DNA of 64,000 nucleotides from Candidatus Freyarchaeum deiterrae (GTDB lineage: Archaea > Asgardarchaeota > Jordiarchaeia > Jordiarchaeales > Jordiarchaeaceae), in contig CP147778.1 in assembly GCA_037305845.1 (NCBI GenBank), positions 2,048,001-2,112,000 on the forward strand, given 5' to 3'. The notes beneath the pieces are model-generated. The model saw only the letters and a program-made list of their open reading frames with translations. It had not been told where the DNA came from and made no database searches. Below, one piece after another: positions 10,068 to 20,196 of the stretch. Within the stretch, counting starts at the first letter, position 1; every line of letters begins with the position of its first letter. A program made the translations under genes and the position numbers.

Positions 10068-10967
10068 TTGACCAATCAACAAAACTCAACCGACGAAGTC
10101 ATAGAAAAAGAAATCAATCCAATGATTGAAAGTTTTGCTCAAAAGAAGAAAGTTCAAGGAAAAATGACCAAAATAAAACACAAAATCATGATAATGTCCG
10201 GAAAAGGGGGAGTGGGAAAAAGCACCGTAACCGCCAACCTAGCAACAGCACTAGCAAAAAAAGGCTACAAGGTTGGGATATTGGACTCGGATATCCACGG
10301 CCCCTCAATACCCAAAATACTGGGAATACAAGGAAAACACCTCAAACCCACAGAAACCGGATTCTACCCCATCACCACAAAACAAGGCGTGAAAGTGATT
10401 TCCATGGATCTCCTCCTACTCGACAGCGAAACCCCCCTTATATGGCGCGGACCACTGAAAATGAAAGCCATAAGACAACTCCTATCAGACGCAGAATGGG
10501 GAGAACTAGACTACCTACTGATAGACCTCCCACCAGGCACAGGAGACGAGCCCCTAAACATAATGCAACTCATGCCCGAAATGGATGGAGCAATAATAAT
10601 CACCGCACCCTCCGACCTCTCCCAATACGTAGTCAGAAAAGCGGTATCCATGGCTCGAAAAATGAACATCCCCATAATAGGAATAATAGAAAACATGAGC
10701 GGCTTCGTATGCCCCAACTGTGGAGAAAAATACGATATCCTAGGCTCCGGAGGAGGAAAAAAAATAAGCGAAGAAATGAATCTAAACTTTCTAGGCCAAA
10801 TTCCCATAGACCCCAAAATTACCGAAAACACGGACCAAGGAACCCCCTTCATAATAAACGACCCAGAATCACAAGCTGCAAAAGTATTTAATGAGATCGT
10901 ACAAAAAATCCAGAAAACGGTCGAAGAAGATAAGAAACAAATCAAAAGCAAGAAGCATAAAAAATAG
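10068..10967 (+). CDS. Mrp/NBP35 family Fe-S cluster carrier ATPase
   Basis: SGKGGVGKST, DSDIHGPSIP, WRGPLK, DLPPGTGDE and ENMSGFVCPNC motifs. GGGTGA SD before the TTG start. Confidence 0.93.
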   Translation: MTNQQNSTDEVIEKEINPMIESFAQKKKVQGKMTKIKHKIMIMSGKGGVGKSTVTANLATALAKKGYKVGILDSDIHGPSIPKILGIQGKHLKPTETGFYPITTKQGVKVISMDLLLLDSETPLIWRGPLKMKAIRQLLSDAEWGELDYLLIDLPPGTGDEPLNIMQLMPEMDGAIIITAPSDLSQYVVRKAVSMARKMNIPIIGIIENMSGFVCPNCGEKYDILGSGGGKKISEEMNLNFLGQIPIDPKITENTDQGTPFIINDPESQAAKVFNEIVQKIQKTVEEDKKQIKSKKHKK

Positions 10968-11132
10968 GAATCACCTTATCAACATTCTATACTCTTTTTA
11001 TATTTCTCTAAACAGCAATTAGCTGGAAAACATATCTCCCGTTTTAAGAAAAATTGCTATCAGAATCTCTCTATATTTTCTCATTTTTAAACACTCAAAA
11101 GTGTAATAATTAATTACGACCATCACATTTAT

Positions 11133-11171
11133 ATAGGTCAATTTATCCTCTGTAGGATAAGTTATCCTACA
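11133..11171. promoter_or_regulatory. Tandem DtxR/IdeR-like operator boxes immediately downstream of a TATA box
   Basis: Perfect 10-1-10 inverted repeat TGTAGGATAA-G-TTATCCTACA (11151-11171), preceded by a degenerate copy ATAGGTCAATTTATCCTCT (11133-11151). TATA TTTATATA at 11128-11135. Confidence 0.65.
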
Positions 11172-11209
11172 ATGGGATTTAAAAACCTTTTATAAATGGA
11201 AGTGAAAAT

Positions 11210-12289
11210 ATGGGAACTACCTTGAGAAGCAGGAGAGCTTTAGCAGCAGTACTAATAGTAATAGTAGCAGTTTCGGTAACCGGAGCATCCACTTATGCGC
11301 TTACGAACAACCAAAAAATTAGTCAGCAAAACTACCTACTTAGCTTGGTACTTCTCCAACTGGGGCAAGCCAGAATAGTATCACTTGCACCGAATATCGA
11401 TGAAATACTTGCCGGTTTAGGTCTAGAGAACAATATAGTTGGCGTTACAAGTAATGTTCCTTCTGGCGTCCCTATGGAAGACTATTATTATCCACCTAGC
11501 CTAATCCAACTAATCTCAGAAGGTAAAATAAATAATGGTTTAAACTGGTGGTCGCCCAGCGTAGAATCCGTGCTAGCTCTTAACCCGTCAATAGTTCTTC
11601 TGGATGGAGGTGCGCCAAATCAAGTACAACTGTATAGCAATCTTCTAAGTAGAGGCATATTTTCATATTTAGTGAACGAAGGGAATAATTTCGCTCAAAT
11701 AGAAGGGTCCATTTTACAGATTGGTGGCATATTCGGAAGAAATTCGGAAGCTCAAGCACTAGTAAACGCTATGAACACAAAAATAAGCACCGTTGAAAAT
11801 GATGTTTCAAACCAAACAGTGCTCAACGTGCTCTACGTCGTAGAAATTGATTTCGGAACACAAAACTCCGTATACACCGTCGGAAGTGACACGTTTCAAA
11901 ATGAAATTATTAGTTCAGCAGGCGGATTGAACGTTTTCCCAATTGGAACTGGCTTCCCTCAAAAGAGTTTTGCAGAAGTGGAGACTGCAAACCCAGACGT
12001 CATAGTTATTTCCGCAACTTATAATAACGTAAATACATTGATGACTGAAATAGCGGCCAATCCCCAACTTAGTGCGACAAACGCCTATCATAACAATGCT
12101 ATCTACTTTACTCAAAATCAGGCAGATAACATATTCAGCAGAGCGGGACCAAGAGTCGCCGAGGCAGTTCAAGTCCTAGCTCATCTATTGCACCCAGGAG
12201 CGTTTAACATGACAGCTCTACCAATGGGGTTTACACTAGATAACAGCAATTATCAGAACTACGCGAGTCCACTGTTACCTATAAGTTAG
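11210..12289 (+). CDS. Iron-chelate/corrinoid ABC transporter substrate-binding protein (BtuF/FhuD-like)
   Basis: N-terminal TM anchor, RIVSLAP, SVESVLALNPSIV, AGGLNVF, RAGPRVAEAVQVLAHLLHP. Confidence 0.88.
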   Translation: MGTTLRSRRALAAVLIVIVAVSVTGASTYALTNNQKISQQNYLLSLVLLQLGQARIVSLAPNIDEILAGLGLENNIVGVTSNVPSGVPMEDYYYPPSLIQLISEGKINNGLNWWSPSVESVLALNPSIVLLDGGAPNQVQLYSNLLSRGIFSYLVNEGNNFAQIEGSILQIGGIFGRNSEAQALVNAMNTKISTVENDVSNQTVLNVLYVVEIDFGTQNSVYTVGSDTFQNEIISSAGGLNVFPIGTGFPQKSFAEVETANPDVIVISATYNNVNTLMTEIAANPQLSATNAYHNNAIYFTQNQADNIFSRAGPRVAEAVQVLAHLLHPGAFNMTALPMGFTLDNSNYQNYASPLLPIS

Positions 12290-12330
12290 CAAATTTCATT
12301 TCAAAACAATTATTTTTTTGGTGGTAAATA

Positions 12331-13407
12331 ATGAAAGTAATTAGACGTAAAATTTTTTTGCTAAGCTTATCGGTAGTCATTGGGCTAGTGATATTGGGAA
12401 TACTGGTGCTCGTGTCCCTTACTTTTGGCTCAGTGCAGAGTAATTTTGGGGCTGTTCTTTCATCTCTTCAAAGGCTGTGGATTTTTGGAAGACCTATTCA
12501 AGATTATGGAATCTCTTTACCATCTTATGTTAACTGGAACTTGGATGTTATACTGTATTATTCAAGGATTCCCAGAACTCTTGCTGCCATTCTTATAGGT
12601 GCGGGGCTTTCTGTTTCTGGAAGCGTTATGCAGGCACTTGTAAGAAACCCTCTTGTGGATCCATATATTAGTGGTGTGTCATCTGGTGCGGCTTTTGGGG
12701 CAGTGCTATTTTTACTCGGTTCTTTTTTCATAGGAATTTATGAAACTCTTTCTCTTCCGTTGGTAGCTTTTATCGGGGGACTTGTGGCGTTCGGGATAAC
12801 ATTTCTCATATATAGGAGTGCGGGTGAAACTTCTACAAGTTTTGTTTTGGGAGGAGTAATTGTTGGTGTGACTTTTTCTTCATTAACAACAATCGTCCTT
12901 GTTATTTCTCCTTCTGGAAAGCCGCTCCAAGGCGTTATCTTCTGGTTATTTGGAAGTATAGGATATGTCACTTGGGACGCCATATGGATTCTTATACCGG
13001 TGATAGTAGTATTTTCATTGGTGTTTCTATTTTATGCTAGAGAATTTAATGTTCTCATGTTAGGTGATGAGCAAGCGGCTCAATTAGGTATCAAAATTAA
13101 GTGGTTTAAGAGGATTATGTTGGTCGCTGCTGCGCTTCTTGCTAGCTTTTGTGTTGCTTTCACTGGGATAATAGGATTTGTGGGGCTTGTTGTACCTCAT
13201 TTGATTAGATTAGCTCTCGGCAATGATTACCGGCTTATACTACCTCTATCCGTACTTTTTGGTGCTAATCTTTTGCTTGCTGCGGATATTGTGGCTAGAG
13301 TTGCTATTCCAGGTACAGAACTTCCCTTAGGGATAATCACCTCGTTTGTTGGTGTGCCCTTTTTCGTTTATCTACTTATTAGAAGAGGTAAAAGATATGC
13401 GACGTAA
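12331..13407 (+). CDS. Iron-chelate/corrinoid ABC transporter permease (FecCD/BtuC)
   Basis: RIPRTLAA, RNPLVDPYISGVSSGA, LGDEQAAQLG, GIIGFVGLVVPH and ELPLGIITSFVGVPFF motifs. Confidence 0.93.
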   Translation: MKVIRRKIFLLSLSVVIGLVILGILVLVSLTFGSVQSNFGAVLSSLQRLWIFGRPIQDYGISLPSYVNWNLDVILYYSRIPRTLAAILIGAGLSVSGSVMQALVRNPLVDPYISGVSSGAAFGAVLFLLGSFFIGIYETLSLPLVAFIGGLVAFGITFLIYRSAGETSTSFVLGGVIVGVTFSSLTTIVLVISPSGKPLQGVIFWLFGSIGYVTWDAIWILIPVIVVFSLVFLFYAREFNVLMLGDEQAAQLGIKIKWFKRIMLVAAALLASFCVAFTGIIGFVGLVVPHLIRLALGNDYRLILPLSVLFGANLLLAADIVARVAIPGTELPLGIITSFVGVPFFVYLLIRRGKRYAT

Positions 13408-14278
13408 TCCTAAGGTAATTATTAGTGTTAGAAATTTGGTTTATAGATATGATTCGGTGACTGCTCTTGAAGGTTTAACATTTGAGATTGACAGGGGAGA
13501 ATTTGTTGCACTTGTGGGCCCTAATGGTTCAGGGAAAACCACGCTTCTTAACTGTTTAAGCAAATTGTATACCCCTCAAGAAGGCGATATACAAGTAGAC
13601 GGGCATAATTTGAGAAAGATGTCACCCTTAGATGGCGCTAGAATTTATGCGGTAGTACCTTCAGAATTTCCTGTAGATATAAATGCATCAGTGGTGGATA
13701 CTGTGCTCTTAGGAAGGTATCCCTTTGTTCAAAGTTTATGGTGGGAAAATGAGCAAGACGAGGCAATTGCATTAGGCGCCATGGATAAATTAAATATCCT
13801 AAACTTTGCGAATAGAAAATTTGGAGAATTAAGCAGTGGAGAAAAACAAAGAGTTCTGATCGCTAAGGCCATAGCTCAGGAAGCAAAAATACTTCTGGTA
13901 GACGAACCCGTGGCTCATCTCGACTTAGGATACCAAATGGAAATCATGGAAATGTTAAGGAGCTTGGCTCATAATGGTGTAACGATTCTGGCAGCGATGC
14001 ATGAACTTAATCTTGCAGTCAAGTATTGCGATAAGCTAATAGTACTCAATAAAGGCAAATTTGTAGCCTGCGGTAAACCCGCAGAAATAGTCACACAAAA
14101 GCTTATCGAGGATGTCTATGGGGTAAAGGCAATCATCCAGAATATGCCAGAGGTAGGACTAGTCATAATTCCTCTATCAACTTCAAATAAGGAGGGAATA
14201 ACTGATAAGAAAAACAGTAAGAAAAGAACCATTGAATCAAATAATATCCCCACACAGTGGGGAAGTGCAGAAGTATGA
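13397..14278 (+). CDS. Iron-chelate/corrinoid ABC transporter ATP-binding protein
   Basis: GPNGSGKTT, LSSGEKQR, VDEPVAHLD and MHELNLA motifs. ATG 13397 overlaps the permease 3' end. Confidence 0.92.
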   Translation: MRRNPKVIISVRNLVYRYDSVTALEGLTFEIDRGEFVALVGPNGSGKTTLLNCLSKLYTPQEGDIQVDGHNLRKMSPLDGARIYAVVPSEFPVDINASVVDTVLLGRYPFVQSLWWENEQDEAIALGAMDKLNILNFANRKFGELSSGEKQRVLIAKAIAQEAKILLVDEPVAHLDLGYQMEIMEMLRSLAHNGVTILAAMHELNLAVKYCDKLIVLNKGKFVACGKPAEIVTQKLIEDVYGVKAIIQNMPEVGLVIIPLSTSNKEGITDKKNSKKRTIESNNIPTQWGSAEV

Positions 14279-14807
14279 TACTACTCCTATAAACTTTAGA
14301 TGTAATCTTACTCCCATCGGAGCAGACAAGCTCTCACACGGCACGTAATTCTCCATTAATTAATAAATCTCAGGATTTGAGTCTAAAACAATAATGAGAA
14401 TTAATGACTAAGAAACTGTTTCCACAGGAATTACCGCGATTAGAGAAGAAATGATTACTGGAACAACCCTAAAATAATACTTCAAGGTAAACCTCAAAGA
14501 ATCTGCATTAAACCTAAATCATGAAAAAGGAACTAGAAATAGCAGAAAAACCGCAGAAAGACAAGATATCCAATAAAACTATTCCACAAATTCGAAAAAT
14601 ATTGAATCCAGCCACTAGAAACCCAAACATACCACTCTTTTTATTCTCCAAATCTTGTAACTTAACAAAACATCGAAAAATAATACGCAAATTATCAAAT
14701 TATCCCGCTTCACGTGAAAAACATTAGAACAAATATAATACTTGGCTCAGAAAAAGCTTAATTAATCGATTCTACATTGTTCTTTCCCCACAAGAGGTGT
14801 GAAAACG

Positions 14808-16019
14808 ATGACATTTCTTATTGGAGAAGCGTTAGTCGGCAAAGGACAGGAAGTAGCACACATCGACTTGCTAATAGGAGAAAAAGAAGGCCCCGTAGGC
14901 GCAGCTTTCGCCCAAGGAATGACAACTCTATCCGCAGGTCACACCCCCCTACTGGGAGTTATAAGACCCAACCTTCCGCCCAAACCACACGTGCTAGTTG
15001 TGCCAAAGGTTACTGTTAAGAATTTGGAACAAGCAAACAAAATCTTCGGACCAGCCCAAGCCGCAGTTTCGAAAGCAATAGCAGACGCGGTCGAAGAAGG
15101 AGCAATCCCGGAAGACAAGCTAGACAGTTGGGTAATAATCGCCAGCGTATTCATCCACCCCGAAGCTAAAGATTTTCGAAAAATCTATCACTACAACTAC
15201 TCAGCCACAAAATTAGCTATAAGCAGAGCAATGTCCAACTATCCACCCCTAGATAAGATACTTTACGATAAAGATAGAGCCAAGCACCCCATAATGGGCT
15301 TCCAAGTACCGAGGCTCTGGCGTCCACCATACCTACAAGTTGCATTAGATAATCCTTCCATGGAACAGGCTGTAAAAGTAATTAAGGAACTTCCCAAGAG
15401 TGACCGAATAATCATCGAGGCGGGAACCCCCCTGATAAAGAGGTACGGTGTAAGCGCGGTGAGTAAACTAAGAGAAGTTGCACCGGACACTTTTATAATA
15501 GCCGACCTCAAAACCCTAGACACCGCACAAGTTGAGGTTGACATAGCTTACGAAGAAACAGCGGACGCTGTGGTTGTATCTGGACTTGCCTCAAATGAAT
15601 CCATAGACCGCTTCATTTACGAAACGCGTCGCCTAGGCATCTACTCCATAATTGATTTCATGGAAGTACCTGACCCCGTAGGGAAAATCGGTGAACTGAA
15701 AAAATTGCCAGATGTCATTATACTCCACAGAGCCATAGATACGGAGGAATCAGGCGCGAAACCCCGATGGCATCTCATCAAAGAGATTAAAAGCAAGGTG
15801 GGTAAAGATAGCAAAATGCTTTTCGCTGTCGCCGGAGGCATAACGCCCGAAACCGCTGGCGAGGCTATAGAGGCTGGAGCGGATATCCTAATTATCGGAA
15901 GGTACATCACACAGTCAAAAGACATCGAGCGATCTACGAGAGAGTTTATAGAGGTACTAGCGAAAGAGTTACCAAAGGAACCCGGAGACGTGGACCTCTT
16001 TAGGTACCATGTTGAATGA
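14808..16019 (+). CDS. fae-hps: Bifunctional formaldehyde-activating enzyme / 3-hexulose-6-phosphate synthase
   Basis: Fae domain ([30 protein letters not shown]) fused to HPS domain ([26 protein letters not shown]). GAGGTG SD before ATG 14808. Confidence 0.93.
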   Translation: MTFLIGEALVGKGQEVAHIDLLIGEKEGPVGAAFAQGMTTLSAGHTPLLGVIRPNLPPKPHVLVVPKVTVKNLEQANKIFGPAQAAVSKAIADAVEEGAIPEDKLDSWVIIASVFIHPEAKDFRKIYHYNYSATKLAISRAMSNYPPLDKILYDKDRAKHPIMGFQVPRLWRPPYLQVALDNPSMEQAVKVIKELPKSDRIIIEAGTPLIKRYGVSAVSKLREVAPDTFIIADLKTLDTAQVEVDIAYEETADAVVVSGLASNESIDRFIYETRRLGIYSIIDFMEVPDPVGKIGELKKLPDVIILHRAIDTEESGAKPRWHLIKEIKSKVGKDSKMLFAVAGGITPETAGEAIEAGADILIIGRYITQSKDIERSTREFIEVLAKELPKEPGDVDLFRYHVE

Positions 16020-16200
16020 ATATTTTTTTTATTAAACAAATTTTCAAACTTTTTTTATCTATTCCGCTTAGTTAAAGATCGGTGGGCTTTAACGAAATAT
16101 CCTAAACCAATTACATAGCTCTAATAGGATTCTTCTTTCGACGGAAACGAGTGAGAGAAAAAAAATAGGAGTTTTGAGCATTTTTTAGTTTTTGCTCTTT

Positions 16201-18039
16201 TTAGAGTCCGAGTTCTGCGAGTTTCTTCTTTGTTGGGATTCCCTTTTCGTCCCAGCCTCTCGCCGTGTAGTACTCGTTAAGCATTGGTTCGAGTTCGACT
16301 ACTTGGCCTACTGTGGGACCCTTGGTGTTTTTTTCCTCTGTGAATCTTTTGGGGAGGGTGTCGTCCTTTTCTGATATGCCTTCTCTCACATTGAATAGTC
16401 TTATTAAGTTGAAAGCGCGTTCGCCTATTTTTACTAGTTCTCCTACGGTGAAGTCATATCCTGTTAGTGCGGTAAGCATTTTTGCTAATTCGTCCGGAAG
16501 ATAGGCATATAAATCATAAATGAAGCTACATGAGACCAGCGAATCGACCATGGTTTTGAAGTCCTGTAATCCTTTTATCACTGGTCCCTTGCCCTCAACT
16601 TCGTATGGTCCGGCAACCTTGTTGAAACCTAGTTCTGGTCTTGCCTGAGCCATCAACTCGACCAGCTGTGATGATGGTCTCAAGTGACATGCGCCTCGGT
16701 TTGATGTGGCATAGCCTAAACCTAGACCTTTGTAACCCTTTGGTTCGTGCATCGGTGTTTCAAGACCCTTAACATGCATCGCGAATTCTTCCGATCCCTT
16801 ACCAAGCTTCTTTGAAGCGCTTCTCACACCTTCTGAGATTGTTTTTCCTATTCCCTCTTTCATGCCCATCTTTTCTACAAGTTTCACTATCGCTTCGGGG
16901 TTTCCCCATTTTAATTCCAATCCCTCAGTTTCCTTTTTAGTTAGTATTCCTTTCTCGTAACACTCCATTGCAAACGCTACAATGTTTCCAGCCGATATGG
17001 TATCTATTCCGAGTTGATCGCAGATTATACCCGCCTTGACTATTGTTCCCAAATCGCTATTCATGCACAGCGAGCCGAAGGCGGCAACAGTTTCGTACTC
17101 CGGTCCAGCGCCAGAAGTGCCTGCAAAGGGGCCAGACTTCACTTCCACATGTCCTCTGCCACAAGCCACCGAGCATCCGTAACAAGCAAATTTTCTAGTT
17201 GTTATCTCCATTAAGGCATTTCCATCAATCTTGTCCGCGCCTTCGAAGACTCCCTCTCTGTAGTATTGTGTTGGAAGAGTACCCATCATGTTGAGGCTAG
17301 AAAGTGAGCCATTTGTGCCCTGTTTGGAGACTCCATCAACCAAAAAGTTTGTTTTTAATGCTTCACGGAATTTTTTCGAGTTTTCATTAAATGTTTCTGG
17401 GTCTTCTACTAGGATTGATTGTGTTCCACGCACTGCGATGGCTTTCAATTTTTTGGAACCCATTACCGCTCCTAGTCCACATCTGCCAGCCGCTCTATCC
17501 TTATCGTTCATGATACACGCTATCTTAACCAGTTTCTCTCCTGCGGGTCCTATTGAGGAAACTATTATTTTTTTATCTCCGAGGCTTTCTCTTATCATAT
17601 CCTCTGTTTGATAAACATCCTTACCCCAGATTTTGCTGGCGTCTTTTAGCTCCACTTCGCCGTCTTTAATCCAGAGATACACTGGCTTTTCCGATTTACC
17701 CTCAACAACTATAGCGTCAAATCCCGCGAATTTGAGTTCAGCACCCCAAAAACCTCCTGAGGTAGCCTCGCCCCAGATCCCGGTTAGTGGTGATTTAGCG
17801 GCGATAAGGTGCCTTCCCGAGGATGGAGCTCTAGTGCCTGTTAAAGGTCCTGTGGCGAAAACCAATTTATTCTCCGGACCCAGGGGATCAATTCTTGGTT
17901 TAAGCTCATCATAAAGTATTTTCGCTGCCAGCCCTGATCCCCCTAAATATCTCTTTTGAGTTTCCTCTTTTAGTTTCTCGGTAGTTATCTTCGCCTTTGT
18001 GAGGTCTAATCTCAGAATTTTTTCGAGATATCCGCCCAT
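16201..18039 (-). CDS. aor: Aldehyde:ferredoxin oxidoreductase family (tungstopterin) enzyme
   Basis: KSPLTG, AGRCGLGAVMGSKKLKAI, CYGCSVACG, GPEYET, GIDTISAG and RGACHLR motifs. Confidence 0.93.
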   Translation of the reverse strand: MGGYLEKILRLDLTKAKITTEKLKEETQKRYLGGSGLAAKILYDELKPRIDPLGPENKLVFATGPLTGTRAPSSGRHLIAAKSPLTGIWGEATSGGFWGAELKFAGFDAIVVEGKSEKPVYLWIKDGEVELKDASKIWGKDVYQTEDMIRESLGDKKIIVSSIGPAGEKLVKIACIMNDKDRAAGRCGLGAVMGSKKLKAIAVRGTQSILVEDPETFNENSKKFREALKTNFLVDGVSKQGTNGSLSSLNMMGTLPTQYYREGVFEGADKIDGNALMEITTRKFACYGCSVACGRGHVEVKSGPFAGTSGAGPEYETVAAFGSLCMNSDLGTIVKAGIICDQLGIDTISAGNIVAFAMECYEKGILTKKETEGLELKWGNPEAIVKLVEKMGMKEGIGKTISEGVRSASKKLGKGSEEFAMHVKGLETPMHEPKGYKGLGLGYATSNRGACHLRPSSQLVELMAQARPELGFNKVAGPYEVEGKGPVIKGLQDFKTMVDSLVSCSFIYDLYAYLPDELAKMLTALTGYDFTVGELVKIGERAFNLIRLFNVREGISEKDDTLPKRFTEEKNTKGPTVGQVVELEPMLNEYYTARGWDEKGIPTKKKLAELGL

Positions 18040-18264
18040 AACAATCTTCTCCTAAGATTAACTTCTCTTAGTTTTCATCACGTTTAGATGTTGGTCTCTC
18101 TTTAACCCTACTTACTGCTTCTATGAAAACTTCTAATCAAGTTGAATTGACGATTTCTTATCCCACATATAATTTTGTTGAATTCAAAATAGATACACTA
18201 AGTTCCTTATTATTAGCGAATTTTAATAGAAAAATTATGGATGTCGCTTGTTTTGTGGCGGGTT

Positions 18265-18450
18265 TTAAATTTTCCATCCTCGCATTTGTTGACCTCTGGG
18301 GGATTGGAACTCATGTTTACATTTGGGGCATTTTATATAGCCGCAGTCTCCTAGAGCCGCGCTGGGGCATGGACCGCAGGCGAATGTTCTTGAGTATGAG
18401 AGGTTGAAGGTGAACCCGCATTTGGGACAGGTTACGTTTCCTGAACTCAT
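18265..18450 (-). CDS. Small Cys-rich (Zn-ribbon/Fe-S) protein
   Basis: 61 aa with CPKC...CGPCP...C...CPKCKH. GGAGG SD upstream; same strand as, and downstream of, the blaI-protease pair. Confidence 0.75.
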   Translation of the reverse strand: MSSGNVTCPKCGFTFNLSYSRTFACGPCPSAALGDCGYIKCPKCKHEFQSPRGQQMRGWKI

Positions 18451-18537
18451 TTAAGCGCCTCCATTGAAACTACTTTTTTGTCGTATAATAAGGGTTTCGA
18501 AAAGGAAAGAAGCCAATAAAGAGTTATAACCCTGGTC

Positions 18538-19572
18538 TTACAAAAACTCTCTAATTTCAACTAGGCGCATTAATCTCTTGAGTCTTTCCTCAAGGGGTGG
18601 ATGCTTCTTAAGCAAGAATTTGTAACTCTTGAAAAGGCACAGAACCTTCTGCTTCACCAGTGAGCCGCCAGAGTCTTCAGCGTTCTCAGCTATTTTGATT
18701 AGGGCTGATGCGAGGGCTTCGGGCTTCTTGGTGAAGCGGGCGCAGATCCTATCCGCCAGAAATTCACGTTCACAGTAAATCGCAGACTCTAAAAAGTATC
18801 CCAGAGGATTGTAAAACGTAACTGCTCGAAGGAAAGAGGATACTCTTCTGACAGAGCTATCCCTATTCATTATGTGAGCTAGTTCGTGCCCCAGGCAGGC
18901 TTCCAACTCTTCTGCATCCAGTAATTCAATCAAACCGGTTGAAACAACTATTAAGGGTTTTTTCTTTCTCTCATCTACTGTGAATACTATAGGTCTTTCA
19001 AGATTCAAAACTAGGATTTCTGGGGCAACCACATTCATCAGTTGAACAAGATTTGCAGCAATGTCTCTTATCTGGTCATGCTCTTCACTTTTTTCGCATG
19101 ATGTAAGGAATTTGGATGTGAGGGCTTCGTTGCGATTGCCAACAAGCCTTAATCTTTTGAATGTGAAAATAAATGCAAAACACACAATGATTAACTGTAG
19201 GGCACAGTACGTCAGAAACTCTGTAGCAGAACTGATTTGAAACCCTGGGTCAACAGGGCTATCTGAAATGAGCAAGAAAACTTGAGTAACTAAAAACCTT
19301 AATGGAATAATAATAGTTGGCAGCAAAAGAGTAAATAACCAAATCTTGGTCTTTACAGCGTACGCATCTTCCTTTACTACTTTGCAAACAACAAGAGATA
19401 ATACGGGCATCAAGAGAACTAAAGCCAACAAAAATGATTGCAACTCCTCCAAAGAGGCAGTAAAATGGTTTATAGTAAACAGGATTGTAGCATTAGCTGG
19501 AGAAGTCAAGGAATCGGTTATAAATCTGATAATCGCATCTATAATCCTAAAAATATCAAAAAATATATTCAT
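18538..19572 (-). CDS. Membrane zinc metalloprotease, M56/M48 family (BlaR1-like, no penicillin-binding domain)
   Basis: N-terminal TM helices, VVSTGLIELL, GHELAH (HExxH), EREFLAD, LASALIK, HPPLEERL. Starts 2 nt after the blaI stop. Confidence 0.88.
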   Translation of the reverse strand: MNIFFDIFRIIDAIIRFITDSLTSPANATILFTINHFTASLEELQSFLLALVLLMPVLSLVVCKVVKEDAYAVKTKIWLFTLLLPTIIIPLRFLVTQVFLLISDSPVDPGFQISSATEFLTYCALQLIIVCFAFIFTFKRLRLVGNRNEALTSKFLTSCEKSEEHDQIRDIAANLVQLMNVVAPEILVLNLERPIVFTVDERKKKPLIVVSTGLIELLDAEELEACLGHELAHIMNRDSSVRRVSSFLRAVTFYNPLGYFLESAIYCEREFLADRICARFTKKPEALASALIKIAENAEDSGGSLVKQKVLCLFKSYKFLLKKHPPLEERLKRLMRLVEIREFL

Positions 19573-19574
19573 AA

Positions 19575-20015
19575 CTAGGACCCGCTATGACTCTTTATCT
19601 TTTTCAACTGTTTTTTAATTTCCTCTATCACTTCCGGATTATTTATATTTAAGTTTTCGAGCAAAAACATTATAGTAGGCTCCTCAAAGGATTCAAAAAG
19701 TCCACTCAAAACATGCCTCGCAACCAACTCATCAAATTCCTTCCTGGTCAAGGCAGGAGAATAAACGTAGAATACTCCTTTCTCCCTAATCAGTTCACGC
19801 TTCAAGAATTCTTTCTTATACAAACGGTCCAGAATCGTAGCCACAGTGTTAAACGCCACAGGCCGCCTACATTTTATATCTTCATGAATGTCTCGAACAG
19901 AAGCTTTTTTAAGCCTCCAAACGGTCTCCATAACTTCCGATTCCAGATCACCTAAAACCTTCGACAGATCCTTTTCATGGGGCTTAAATTCACAAACATT
20001 AGGCTTACCGGCCAT
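19575..20015 (-). CDS. BlaI/MecI/CopY family transcriptional repressor
   Basis: LGDLESEVMETVW, SVRDIHE, AFNTVATILDRLYKK, YVYSPALTRKEF. Confidence 0.92.
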   Translation of the reverse strand: MAGKPNVCEFKPHEKDLSKVLGDLESEVMETVWRLKKASVRDIHEDIKCRRPVAFNTVATILDRLYKKEFLKRELIREKGVFYVYSPALTRKEFDELVARHVLSGLFESFEEPTIMFLLENLNINNPEVIEEIKKQLKKIKSHSGS

Positions 20016-20132
20016 AGCTATCCTTCCCTTAGAATTATATTATAAAGCGGGCTTATAAACTTCGGATTAATTTTACACAAATCTTTTTTATATTTACCGT
20101 AATACTTATATAACAGGTCGATATAAAACCTT

Positions 20133-20168
20133 TACTACAAGAAGTAGTTCGTATTACTGGGAGTACTT
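20133..20168. promoter_or_regulatory. Two BlaI-type operators (TACTAC-N5-GTAGTW) before cassette 1
   Basis: TACTAC-AAGAA-GTAGTT (20133-20149) and degenerate TATTAC-TGGGA-GTACTT (20152-20168), between the TATA-like sequence and the start codon. Confidence 0.7.
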
Positions 20169-20196
20169 TAACTAACAAAATGAAAAGGGAAAAAGA

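Noticed and set aside
14280-14790. Long intergenic region and 68-aa ORF (14521-14727), possibly a decayed gene
   Set aside because: The frames I translated are interrupted or lack recognisable motifs; I cannot support a call.
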